Assembly: GCA_021202715.1 (NCBI GenBank) | Contig: JAJQCL010000192.1 | Coordinates: 1-34,636, forward strand | Direction: 5' to 3' | DNA: 34,636 nt | DNA from: Lachnospiraceae bacterium | GTDB lineage: Bacteria > Bacillota > Clostridia > Lachnospirales > Lachnospiraceae | Part shown: positions 18,011-26,742 of the stretch, piece after piece | How positions within the stretch are numbered: the first letter of the stretch is position 1 | Layout of the letters: each line of letters begins with the position of its first letter | The notes under the pieces: generated by a model | Seen by the model: only the letters and a program-made list of their open reading frames with translations | Told to the model about the DNA's origin: nothing | The model's database searches: none | Program-made: the position numbers and the translations under genes

Positions 18011-19450
18011 ATGCAGAATGACAGGCTGAACCGGCTTGCCCTCAAGGCCGGCTTTTTTTATATCGTAGGACAGATGTTTATCCGGGGACTGACGTTCCTT
18101 ATCACACCGATCCTCACCCGGCTGCTCACGCAGGCGCAATACGGGCAGATTCGAGTCTATGAGTCCTGGCTCCTGATCATGGAGCCGGTCATGTCGCTCT
18201 GCCTGTGGCGCAGTGTCGACCGGGCCAAATATGACAGCGGCGTGGATTACGAGGCCTATGTCTCCAGCGTTCACACGCTTTCCTACCTTTCCATCGCCGG
18301 ATTTTTTATCCTTTCGCTGATCTTTAAAAGTCCGCTGCAGGCTTTCCTGTCGATGAATGACCTCATGTTTTACATCGCTTTCCTGTACGTTTTTGCCTAC
18401 ACGAGCATTCTCTTTCTGCAGCGCCGTGAAAAGCAGATGATGCGCTATAAGACCAGTCTTCTGGTCACGACGCTGACGATCGTTCCGGCCACGCTGTTGT
18501 CGATCGTGATGATCTGGCTCGGCCGCAGGATGGGACTCACCGAGAGACTGGTCGATCTGCGCGTTCTGGGCTTCTACATCCCTCAGATCATCGGCGGCTT
18601 CGCGGTGGCGATCCTCCTCTGGGTGCAGGGACGGAAGTTTATCAGCAAAGCCTACTGGAGCTACGCCGTCCGCTACAGCGTTCCCCTGATCCCGGAGGCC
18701 CTGTCCATCCAGATCATGAACCAGTCGGATAAGATCATGATCCAGTTTCTGATCGGCAACGAATATACCGGCATTTTTTCTCTCGGAACGACGATCTCCT
18801 ATATTATCTGGGTGATTGAGGATTCCGTCTGGAACGCTTTCCTGCCTTGGATGTATGAGAAGATCTCCCGCGACGAGGCGGACGAGATCGAAGAGCCATG
18901 GCTGGCTCTGATGCACGGCTTCGGTCTGATCTCCTGGCTGATCACAGCCATGGCGCCGGAGCTGGTGATGATCCTCGGATCAAGCAAATATCATGCGACC
19001 GTCTATCTGATCGCGCCCATGGTCACCGGGACGCTGTTCCGGTTTTACAGCTATATCTACACGGCCGTGCAGAATTACAACAAAAAAACGCAGTATGTCG
19101 CAGCGGGAACCGTGGGCGTGATGTTCGTCAACATCGCCCTCAATTACATCTGCATCCTGCGTTTCGGATATATGGCGGCGGCCTATACGACGGCCTTCAG
19201 CTACTTCCTGCTGCTCCTCCTTCAGGGCTTTCTGGAAAAAAGAGTCACCGGTATGCGGGTGACCTCTCTGAGGAAAAATGTGTTGATCGCAGTGGGCTAT
19301 CTGGCCGCGAACCTCGCCACGATGAAGCTCTTTGACCTGAAATGGTATGTCCGCTATGCGGCGATCCTTCTCGTGGCGGCCGTCGCCGCGCGGCTCGTGC
19401 TTCCCCGGCTGCTGAAGGTGCTGCGTTCCTTCCGTTCGAAGAAAAACTGA
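18011..19450 (+). CDS. wzx: Oligosaccharide/polysaccharide flippase, MOP superfamily PST (Wzx-like)
   Basis: 479 aa and polytopic. The N-terminus NRLALKAGFFYIVGQMFIRGLTFLITPILTRLLTQAQYG is the PST-family signature region. The listed ORF from 17207 is an antisense read-through. The ATG at 18011 is in frame and has GGAGG at 18001-18005. Confidence 0.8.
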   Translation: MQNDRLNRLALKAGFFYIVGQMFIRGLTFLITPILTRLLTQAQYGQIRVYESWLLIMEPVMSLCLWRSVDRAKYDSGVDYEAYVSSVHTLSYLSIAGFFILSLIFKSPLQAFLSMNDLMFYIAFLYVFAYTSILFLQRREKQMMRYKTSLLVTTLTIVPATLLSIVMIWLGRRMGLTERLVDLRVLGFYIPQIIGGFAVAILLWVQGRKFISKAYWSYAVRYSVPLIPEALSIQIMNQSDKIMIQFLIGNEYTGIFSLGTTISYIIWVIEDSVWNAFLPWMYEKISRDEADEIEEPWLALMHGFGLISWLITAMAPELVMILGSSKYHATVYLIAPMVTGTLFRFYSYIYTAVQNYNKKTQYVAAGTVGVMFVNIALNYICILRFGYMAAAYTTAFSYFLLLLLQGFLEKRVTGMRVTSLRKNVLIAVGYLAANLATMKLFDLKWYVRYAAILLVAAVAARLVLPRLLKVLRSFRSKKN

Positions 19451-19462
19451 ACCTCAGACAGA

Positions 19463-19497
19463 ATCGGCTCCCGAACCTTCGGGAGCCGATGACTTTT
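19463..19497. terminator. Terminator between the convergent wzx and the YfhO-fusion gene
   Basis: A 13-nt inverted repeat pairs atcggctcccgaa (19463-19475) with ttcgggagccgat (19478-19490). It is followed by gactttt. Confidence 0.75.
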
Positions 19498-19505
19498 CAG
19501 GATGA

Positions 19506-22500
19506 TCAGGAGCCGATTCCCGTTCGGGATGGACGCTTCCTCCGACCGTAAAGAACCAGAATGACAAACAGAACGACGGCCAGGACGGTGATTGCCAGCC
19601 CGATCTTTAACCCTGGCATTTCATAGACCAGCACGATGCTGTGCTCGCCGGGTTCCAGTTCGAGCCCCATATACATGATGTTCACGGTGAGAAGCTCCGT
19701 CTCCTCACCGTCCACCCAGGCTGTCCATCCACTCTGAGAGGGGATGCTTAAGGCAAGCAGTTTGGACTCTGTCAGGGAAATGGTCCCGCTGAGGCCGTTG
19801 TCCCGGATCTCCACATTTTCCAGGACATCCTCTGTCAGCGCCGCGATCTGGGACGGATAGTCGTCCATCGGCTGGCAGTAGAGAGACAATTCATCATAAT
19901 AAATGGTACCGGCGGTCCTGAAGGTCAGAGTGATCTTGCTGAGTCCCTTCTCACTGTAGCCGCAGTTGATCAGATGTTCATCGAGCTCCAGATAATAGGT
20001 GTTTTCAGGGCTTCTCATAAGATAGGTGTATTTCCCGCAGTCGTCCTTGATCCGGATCTTGAGAATCGGGTTCCCATCATCCTCGAGAGGAATGCAGGAT
20101 CCGTCCAGCACCAGATATGTCTCTGAATTTGGCAGACCCTCGAAATACAAGGTGATACTGCCTCCCTCCTGCGCGGTAATCACGCCGTCTTCCCAGGTCA
20201 CGTTCTTACATTTAAAAGAATCAATCGGTATTTCTTGACTGGTAACCACCGGTTCGATTTCTGTCGCCTGATCCTCTGTTTCTTCTGTATCTATTACGGC
20301 AAATGACATCATGAGCTCCTGTCTTTCCAGGGGGCTGTATTCCAGAAAGCTGTCAAGACTGATTGTCTCAGTGTACGTGTACCCCAGCGGCAGGCTGTAC
20401 TGATTTTCATAAATCGTATAGTTTTCTCCTTCGTACTCGGTCTCCTGAAGGATTGTATATCCATAAGGAGTCATCCAGTTGTCCGTCTGTTTTTCTGCGA
20501 CACTGCAGTATTTGACACAGGCGAGGGCATTCAGACTGGTCCGGTTGTTGTAGCTGATCTGCTTGACAGAGGTCGTCATGATATTGCCCAGCAGGCTGTT
20601 AAAATCCTGAATATTCCCGTTGATGGTACTGTTGAAATACGAGATACTGTTTAATCCCAGAGCCATGGAAGCACTCAGCTGGAGTTCACTGGGATGACTT
20701 TCGGTGACTCTGTAAAAACTGTCGTCCTCGAGGGTCGTCAGGGCCTGAATGGCTGCACCGTTGGCTGCTTCGTCGCTGGTGCCGATCTCTGTATATTCGC
20801 TGACTGCGTTTCCTTCGGACAGGCCGTAATACACATCTCCGCTCACATACAGGGAGACCGCCAGGAGAAGTCCGAAGGCAGCCGTCATCCCCCGTCGTCC
20901 CAGAATATCGGTGCTGTCTGCTGAAAAGATCATAAGAAGGAGCGAAGTCAGCAGCAGGACGGAGGCTTTTAAAGTATAGGTCGTGCTGTAGTCAATAAAG
21001 AGGACGGCGATCAGAATATAGGGCAGGACAGCCAGGGACAGGACCTTTATGTCTTTCTGCGTCAGGCCTCTGACGGCGGGCAGCATCTCCGCCGTGATGA
21101 CCGCAGACAATAACACCAGGATATAGCTCCAGCGGTTATTGACATTTGACAGGCCGCCGAGCGCATAGCCGACCATGGGAAACAGAAGGCAGAGCACACC
21201 GATCACTGTCAGGATTTTGAGAACGCGCCGGTCCTTTTTCAGGAACAACAGGATCTGGCAGAGGTAGACCGTGGGGATCAGCCCTGTCCGGAGACCGTAT
21301 CCGGCACCGTCCCCGGTCGTCAGATAGAACATATAGACAGAAGTAGGCCAGGATGCCCGGTAAAACATCAGGGAATCCGTTGTGATCACTCCGGCTGCGG
21401 TACGGCCCGAACTGGCATAGGAGGAGAAGGTGGTGACGAGTCCCATGCATCCCATCGCCACGCCGAGAAGATAGGCCCCCGCAAAAAGCCCCAGGTAGCT
21501 GAAGAATGTCGCAAGAGTTCGCCTGCTCTTCTCCATGCAGAAAAAGCGCACCAGAAAATATACGATCAGAGCGATCGTGTTCATATAGAGGAAATAATAA
21601 TTGCTGAGCAGCGACAGCGCGATCAGGACGCTTCCGAGGGCCCATTTCTTTTCACGGAGAATCTGTTCGACCGCAATCACCAGTAGGGGCAGAAAGATCA
21701 TTCCGGCCGAGAACTGGGGATGATGCGCCACGGAAAACAGGGCATAGCCGGAAAATGCATAAATATAACTGCAGAAAAGGGTCAGCTTTACCCCTTTTTT
21801 CAGATAGATAAACAGAGCTGAGGCACTCAGACCGATCAGCCAGAAGCGGACCAGAGTCAGAGCCGTATAGCCGGTTTCCATGTTGTCTGGTGAAAAAAGC
21901 GCATACAGCCAGTAGACCGGATAGAGACTGAACTGCACCCGGTTGCCCATACCGATCGTGAAATCATAGGTTTTCAATGAAAAACTGCCCTGTAAAACAG
22001 ACTGAAGAAAATCGCGGACATACTGTGAGAAATAAATGGCTTTGGGATAATATTGCGCGATCGCATCGGGACTCCATACAAGCGAGATACCATTCTCCAG
22101 AAAAGGAAGAAATACAGCGGCCGCCAGCAGACAAAAGCCCAGTGTGTAAAGAAGGATATACTGCCAGCAGCGGATCCGGTTCTTTTCAAACCAGATCTTT
22201 GTAAGCTGTTTTCGAACCTGTGTTGCCAGCAGATCGATCACGGCAGCAACGACCCAGACGAGGAGGAAGAGAAAAGGTCGCAGGATCATTTTCAGCTCGC
22301 TGTATCCGCCAACTGTTTTCAGGATATACAGAGCCAGGATCATCACGGCTGTGCGCGGCCATGCTCGGCCTGTCAGCCACCTTGCCCTGCTTAGAGGCCG
22401 AAGCAGATATTTTTGTCCGATATATGCGAAAGCGAGGACGATACCAAATGGAAACAGGACTTCCCAGTAGCGGGTGGGGAAAGTCAGCGCACTGGCAAAC

Positions 22501-23177
22501 GCGCGGAATTTCCACAGGCAGAGAGCCGCTGTGAGGAGGAGCCCGGCGAGAAGAAGCGGCAAGGGCAACCCTTTGCTCTCCGATTGTTTCTCCGCAATGG
22601 TATAACCAAGAAAATAGTAAAGGGAAAAAGCGAGCAGGGGGATACAGCTGTAGGTGTTCGTTCCGAGCCATACGCCGAGAAAGGAATACCCAAACAGGTT
22701 GGACGGAAGCCACAGAATGCCCAGCAGAATGATTCCTGCCGCTGCGGCCGCTGCTTTGTGGTGCATCAGACGCTGGAGCGGACGGCCGACCGCAGCGGAG
22801 AGGAGGAGCGCCGCCATGGAAAAATAGATTTCCGCATACATGGGAATGTGTCTGAGAAGAAGCAGGTTGAACAGGCTGCTTACGACTCCGTTTCCGGTCT
22901 CAAGACAGCGCCGGCACATTCCTGTCAGGAGAAATAATCCAAAGTAACAGACGGCAAGCCGCACATGGCGCAGGGGAACTTTCCCGGCGAGGTCCTCCTG
23001 CACCTGATAGCCCGTCAGGGTGACCAGACCGGCAAAAAGTACATAATAGACACAACGAACGACGGCATGCGTCACAGCCGTATAATCTCCGAAAAGCCGC
23101 AGGCATAACAGAAAAACACTGCCGTATAAAAGCAGTGCCTGTATATCTGAAGAAGTACAGGAATCCTTCTTTTTCAT
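19506..23177 (-). CDS. Large polytopic membrane protein: unassigned ~330-aa N-terminal multi-TM domain fused to a YfhO-family (GT-C-like) glycosyltransferase with an extracytoplasmic C-terminal region and a terminal TM anchor
   Basis: 1223 aa in one uninterrupted frame. From about aa 335, CWQYILLYTLGFCLLAAAVFLPFLENGISLVWSPDAIAQYYPKAIYFSQYV...YDFTIGMG matches the YfhO start region. About 890 aa follow, close to B. subtilis YfhO length. The RBS is agaggtg. Confidence 0.78.
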   Translation of the reverse strand: MKKKDSCTSSDIQALLLYGSVFLLCLRLFGDYTAVTHAVVRCVYYVLFAGLVTLTGYQVQEDLAGKVPLRHVRLAVCYFGLFLLTGMCRRCLETGNGVVSSLFNLLLLRHIPMYAEIYFSMAALLLSAAVGRPLQRLMHHKAAAAAAGIILLGILWLPSNLFGYSFLGVWLGTNTYSCIPLLAFSLYYFLGYTIAEKQSESKGLPLPLLLAGLLLTAALCLWKFRAFASALTFPTRYWEVLFPFGIVLAFAYIGQKYLLRPLSRARWLTGRAWPRTAVMILALYILKTVGGYSELKMILRPFLFLLVWVVAAVIDLLATQVRKQLTKIWFEKNRIRCWQYILLYTLGFCLLAAAVFLPFLENGISLVWSPDAIAQYYPKAIYFSQYVRDFLQSVLQGSFSLKTYDFTIGMGNRVQFSLYPVYWLYALFSPDNMETGYTALTLVRFWLIGLSASALFIYLKKGVKLTLFCSYIYAFSGYALFSVAHHPQFSAGMIFLPLLVIAVEQILREKKWALGSVLIALSLLSNYYFLYMNTIALIVYFLVRFFCMEKSRRTLATFFSYLGLFAGAYLLGVAMGCMGLVTTFSSYASSGRTAAGVITTDSLMFYRASWPTSVYMFYLTTGDGAGYGLRTGLIPTVYLCQILLFLKKDRRVLKILTVIGVLCLLFPMVGYALGGLSNVNNRWSYILVLLSAVITAEMLPAVRGLTQKDIKVLSLAVLPYILIAVLFIDYSTTYTLKASVLLLTSLLLMIFSADSTDILGRRGMTAAFGLLLAVSLYVSGDVYYGLSEGNAVSEYTEIGTSDEAANGAAIQALTTLEDDSFYRVTESHPSELQLSASMALGLNSISYFNSTINGNIQDFNSLLGNIMTTSVKQISYNNRTSLNALACVKYCSVAEKQTDNWMTPYGYTILQETEYEGENYTIYENQYSLPLGYTYTETISLDSFLEYSPLERQELMMSFAVIDTEETEDQATEIEPVVTSQEIPIDSFKCKNVTWEDGVITAQEGGSITLYFEGLPNSETYLVLDGSCIPLEDDGNPILKIRIKDDCGKYTYLMRSPENTYYLELDEHLINCGYSEKGLSKITLTFRTAGTIYYDELSLYCQPMDDYPSQIAALTEDVLENVEIRDNGLSGTISLTESKLLALSIPSQSGWTAWVDGEETELLTVNIMYMGLELEPGEHSIVLVYEMPGLKIGLAITVLAVVLFVILVLYGRRKRPSRTGIGS

Positions 23178-23228
23178 GAGTCACCTCTGAATCTGTTTGA
23201 TTGATCGGGCGGGAGCCGTATGCCGCAA

Positions 23229-23266
23229 AGAGCAGGAGAGGATATGATCTGTCCGTCTCCTGCTCT
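23229..23266 (-). terminator. Hairpin after the L,D-transpeptidase gene, separating it from the YfhO-fusion gene
   Basis: An 11-bp stem pairs agagcaggaga (23229-23239) with tctcctgctct (23256-23266) around a 16-nt loop. The minus-strand 3' flank ttgcggc is only weakly T-rich. Confidence 0.5.
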
Positions 23267-23278
23267 GGGATAAACGAT

Positions 23279-25069
23279 TTAATAGATGATGATTTTTGAT
23301 CCCAGCGGAACCTTGTAATAGATAAACTGCGCCATCGAATCCGTGGTTCGGACACAGCCGTGCGAGACCGGTCTCCCAAGTGTGGAGTTCACATATGCTC
23401 CGTTGCTGTAATACTTGCCCCTCTGATGAATCGCATTCGTAGACTGGAATTTGCTCCAGTATGAATAGGAACAGGTATTATATTTTTTGGTAGACATATG
23501 GGCATAGATGGTATAGACCCCCAGTGGAGTCGGGGTGTAGGTCAGGCCGGTGCCGCACTGAGCGGTCTTATAAAGCTCCCAGTTGCCTTCACTGTTCTTT
23601 TTAAACACATTGATTCTCTGTGTATAGGTGCTTACCCAGACCAGATATTTCGATGAACTGGTATATCCTTTCCCATTGACAAAGATTTCTTTTTCCTCTG
23701 TTGTATAATCGCTGGTGGTATAATCCTGAGAGGTCATATTCAGATATTTGCTGTTCATATAGTAGGTTTTGCCTTTGATTTTGACCGTACTCAGGTATTT
23801 GGTGGAACGCCTGTAGGTGACCGTGACCTTTGTTCCCGCAGAGACGGTCATCGCCTGTTTCTTGCCGCTCGACGAGGTATATACGGGAGCCGTTTTCTTG
23901 ACGGTGGCGCTGTAATACATGGCGTGAACCTTGCTGAGGACGGCATCCACCGCATCCTCATCATAGACCGTCATGGTGACGGCCGGAGACCTGTATGTTT
24001 CGCCTTCGTATTTTCTGTAGGCGACGACTTTGTACTTATAGTATGTTGCCTCCTTGACGTCGGTGTCCGTGTATGTCTTATCAGATTTGACCTTGGCGAT
24101 TCTGGTATATTTCCCGGTCTTACTGTTATATCTGTAAACCAGATAGCCTGTCGCATTGGTCACACCGGACCAGGTTAGCGTGATTCCGTTGTCGGTGACC
24201 GTAAGCTCCAGAGACTTGGGGGCTTTCAGATCCGCGAATTTCGGAGTCGCTGATACTTTTTTGGATTTTTTCCCTGTCTCATACTTTCCTTCGGTGCCGT
24301 ATTTCCGGTAGGCACGAATGACATACGTATAGGTCTTCCCGTTCGTAAGATCCTTCACGGTATATTTGAGCTTTTTGGTAGATTTAATGCGGGTGTATTT
24401 TCCGGTTTTGGTATTGTATGAATAAATGAGATAGCCGGTGGCGTCCTCGACCTCATTCCACGTAAGCGTGATCCGCGTATCGCCGGCCTTTGCCTTAACG
24501 CCGGTCACTTTTGCAGGGATGACGCTGTACGGAGTGGCAGATACCTTCTTGCTGTATTTCGCATACACTTTTTTGCCGTCGGATTTTACATAGGCTGCCA
24601 CGACAAAGGTGTATTCCGTATCGGCCTCCAGATCCTTTACGGTATAGGAGGTTTTCTTTGTGGAGGCAACGGGGGTATATGTCTCGTCGGACGAGTTATA
24701 CGTGTATATCCTGTATCCATCCGCGTCGTCGGATGCTTTCCAGGTCAGCTTTACGGCGTGCTCTTTACTGACCGCTTTCAGTCCGGTCACTTTGGCAGGG
24801 GCGGCTGCCGTGGTGGTCTCTTCTGTGCTCGCTTCTGTGCTTTCCGCGGCCGTCGTCTCCCGGATCGCCTCTACGGCTTCCGTGCTCTCTGTCTCTGGCG
24901 TCTTCGTGATTTCTTCTGTTTCTTCTTCGGTGGTCTCCGCAGTTTCTGTTTCCTGAACAGCCTCCACGGCTGTCTCCAGCGCAGAGGCAGCGACGGGCCT
25001 GGATCCTCCCAGTGTCAATACGGTCAGCACAAGAAAAAGCAGAAGCGACATGTTAAAGTTTTTTTTCAT
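23279..25069 (-). CDS. Secreted L,D-transpeptidase (YkuD domain) with a Thr/Glu-rich linker, three FN3 repeats and an SH3-like module
   Basis: A signal peptide (MKKNFNMSLLLFLVLTVLTLGG) is followed by an ETETAETTEEETEE linker. Three ~95-aa repeats carry the LTW...DATGY.IY.YN pattern (FN3). The C-terminal catalytic motif is GRPVSHGCVRT. I place the start at the ATG at 25069 (third Met of the listed ORF), which gives a proper signal peptide. Confidence 0.85.
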   Translation of the reverse strand: MKKNFNMSLLLFLVLTVLTLGGSRPVAASALETAVEAVQETETAETTEEETEEITKTPETESTEAVEAIRETTAAESTEASTEETTTAAAPAKVTGLKAVSKEHAVKLTWKASDDADGYRIYTYNSSDETYTPVASTKKTSYTVKDLEADTEYTFVVAAYVKSDGKKVYAKYSKKVSATPYSVIPAKVTGVKAKAGDTRITLTWNEVEDATGYLIYSYNTKTGKYTRIKSTKKLKYTVKDLTNGKTYTYVIRAYRKYGTEGKYETGKKSKKVSATPKFADLKAPKSLELTVTDNGITLTWSGVTNATGYLVYRYNSKTGKYTRIAKVKSDKTYTDTDVKEATYYKYKVVAYRKYEGETYRSPAVTMTVYDEDAVDAVLSKVHAMYYSATVKKTAPVYTSSSGKKQAMTVSAGTKVTVTYRRSTKYLSTVKIKGKTYYMNSKYLNMTSQDYTTSDYTTEEKEIFVNGKGYTSSSKYLVWVSTYTQRINVFKKNSEGNWELYKTAQCGTGLTYTPTPLGVYTIYAHMSTKKYNTCSYSYWSKFQSTNAIHQRGKYYSNGAYVNSTLGRPVSHGCVRTTDSMAQFIYYKVPLGSKIIIY

Positions 25070-25204
25070 ACGTTTTATATCCTCGATCGTTTCCTGCCAG
25101 CACATGCGTTTCAGACAAGGTGCTGTAAAATAATGATAAAACAAATGTCAATTCAGTATAGCAAATAATTTGCCTGTGTGTCAATATGCATGAAAAGGGA
25201 TGTC

Positions 25205-25233
25205 TTGCAGACCGCAGATTTAGGATATATAAT
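25205..25233 (+). promoter_or_regulatory. Candidate sigma-A promoter for the MATE gene
   Basis: ttgcag (25205-25210)-17 nt-tataat (25228-25233). Confidence 0.45.
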
Positions 25234-25286
25234 AATGAAACGACGCTCGCGAAACGGGTCGGTTTACTGAAAGAGGATAAGCAGAT

Positions 25287-26663
25287 ATGGCAGCAATGAG
25301 TGAACAGGATAAGATTGAACTTTTTGAGCGGACGCCTGTGCCGCAGGCCATCGTGCGGATGGCGATTCCGACCGTGGCAAGCTCTCTGGTGATGGTGCTC
25401 TACAGCCTGGCGGATACATATTTTGTGGGGATGCTGAATGATTCGGTCGCCACGGCAGCCGTGACGCTGGCGGCGCCGGTGCTGCTGGCCTTCAACGCCC
25501 TGAATAATCTGTTCGGTGTCGGCAGCTCCAGCCTGATGAGCCGTTCTCTGGGGCGAAAAGATTACGACACGGTGCGGCGCACCTCCGCGCTCGGCTTCGC
25601 CTGCGCGCTGGTCTGCAGCCTGCTGCTTTCCCTGGGCTGCACGGTGTTCAAGACGCCGCTGCTGAATCTGCTGGGAGCCGATGCGGAGACCTGGTCGGCC
25701 ACAGCGGACTATATGTTCTGGACCGTCACCTGCGGCGCGCCGCCGGCGATCCTCAATGTGGTCCTGGCCAATATGATCCGCTCGGAGGGGGCGGCCATGA
25801 ATGCCAGCATCGGCACCATGAGCGGCTGTCTGCTGAACATCGTCCTCGATCCGATCTTCATTCTGCCCTGGGGGCTGAACATGGGGGCGGCCGGCGCGGG
25901 TCTGGCGACCTTCCTTTCCAACTGCGTGGCCTGCCTGTATTTCTTCGTGCTGTTGTACCGGCGGCGGGGGAATACCTTCGTCAGTCTCTCGCCGCGGGAT
26001 CTCCGCTGGGACGGGAATATTCTCCGTCAGATCTGCGGCGTTGGTATCCCGGCGGCCATCCAGAACCTGCTCAATGTCACCGGCATGACGGTACTCAACA
26101 ATTTCACTGCGGTCTACGGGGCGGATGCCGTGTCAGCCATGGGGATTTCCCACAAGATCGCCATGGTGCCCATGTATATCGCTATGGGAATTTCCCAGGG
26201 CATCATGCCGTTGGTCAGCTACAACTATGCGAGTAAGGCGAGTCAGCGCATGAAGAGGATTATCGTCTGTGCCGGAGCCGCCTCCCTGGTGCTGATGGTG
26301 GTCGGAACAGTCCTCTGCGTCGCCGGAGCCGGTCCGATCATCCGCCTGTTCATGGATTCGGACGCGGTGGTCGCCTACGGCCGGGCCTTCCTGCGGGGCA
26401 TGGCGCTGGCGATGCCCTTCCTGGCTACCGATTTCCTGGCGGTGGGCGTTTTCCAGGCCTGCGGCATGGGGCGCAGTGCTCTGATCTTCGCTATCCTGCG
26501 GAAGGTCGTGCTGGAGATTCCCGCGCTGGTCATCCTCAATCATATCTGGCCTCTGTACGGTCTGGCCTATGCGCAGCTGGTGGCAGAGGTCGTCCTGGCG
26601 GTCGCCGCACTGGTCATGCTGGGACGGATCTTTCGGTCCCTGGAGGTGCCGGAGAGAACGTGA
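25287..26663 (+). CDS. MATE family efflux transporter
   Basis: 458 aa with about 12 TM helices. The N-terminal PVPQAIVRMAIPTVASSLVMVLYSLADTYFVG is the canonical MATE start, and the second-half repeat ILRQICGVGIPAAIQN is present. Confidence 0.88.
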   Translation: MAAMSEQDKIELFERTPVPQAIVRMAIPTVASSLVMVLYSLADTYFVGMLNDSVATAAVTLAAPVLLAFNALNNLFGVGSSSLMSRSLGRKDYDTVRRTSALGFACALVCSLLLSLGCTVFKTPLLNLLGADAETWSATADYMFWTVTCGAPPAILNVVLANMIRSEGAAMNASIGTMSGCLLNIVLDPIFILPWGLNMGAAGAGLATFLSNCVACLYFFVLLYRRRGNTFVSLSPRDLRWDGNILRQICGVGIPAAIQNLLNVTGMTVLNNFTAVYGADAVSAMGISHKIAMVPMYIAMGISQGIMPLVSYNYASKASQRMKRIIVCAGAASLVLMVVGTVLCVAGAGPIIRLFMDSDAVVAYGRAFLRGMALAMPFLATDFLAVGVFQACGMGRSALIFAILRKVVLEIPALVILNHIWPLYGLAYAQLVAEVVLAVAALVMLGRIFRSLEVPERT

Positions 26664-26696
26664 GGACCATCCTTATTTTCGGATTTTCATTGATAA

Positions 26697-26741
26697 AAGA
26701 ACCGCCGGGTGCAGATCTGCATCCGGCGGCTGTCTGTCTGG
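26697..26741 (-). terminator. Terminator hairpin of the 484-aa gene; also the left copy of a 45-bp direct repeat
   Basis: A 12-bp stem pairs ccgccgggtgca (26702-26713) with tgcatccggcgg (26718-26729), including one G-U pair, around the loop gatc. On the minus strand it is followed by ttctttta. The whole 45 nt recurs at 28935-28980. Confidence 0.72.
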
Positions 26742-26742
26742 A

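Noticed and set aside
21136-22713. Several 70-175-aa ORFs on both strands inside the YfhO-fusion gene
   Set aside because: They are nested within a continuous 1223-aa membrane-protein frame. They are Arg/Pro/Ser-rich translations without start signals, so they are shadow ORFs.
24840-24960. Pyrimidine-rich quasi-repetitive DNA (ttctgt/gcttc motifs)
   Set aside because: It is explained by the Thr/Glu-rich low-complexity linker of the L,D-transpeptidase on the minus strand, not by an independent repeat element.
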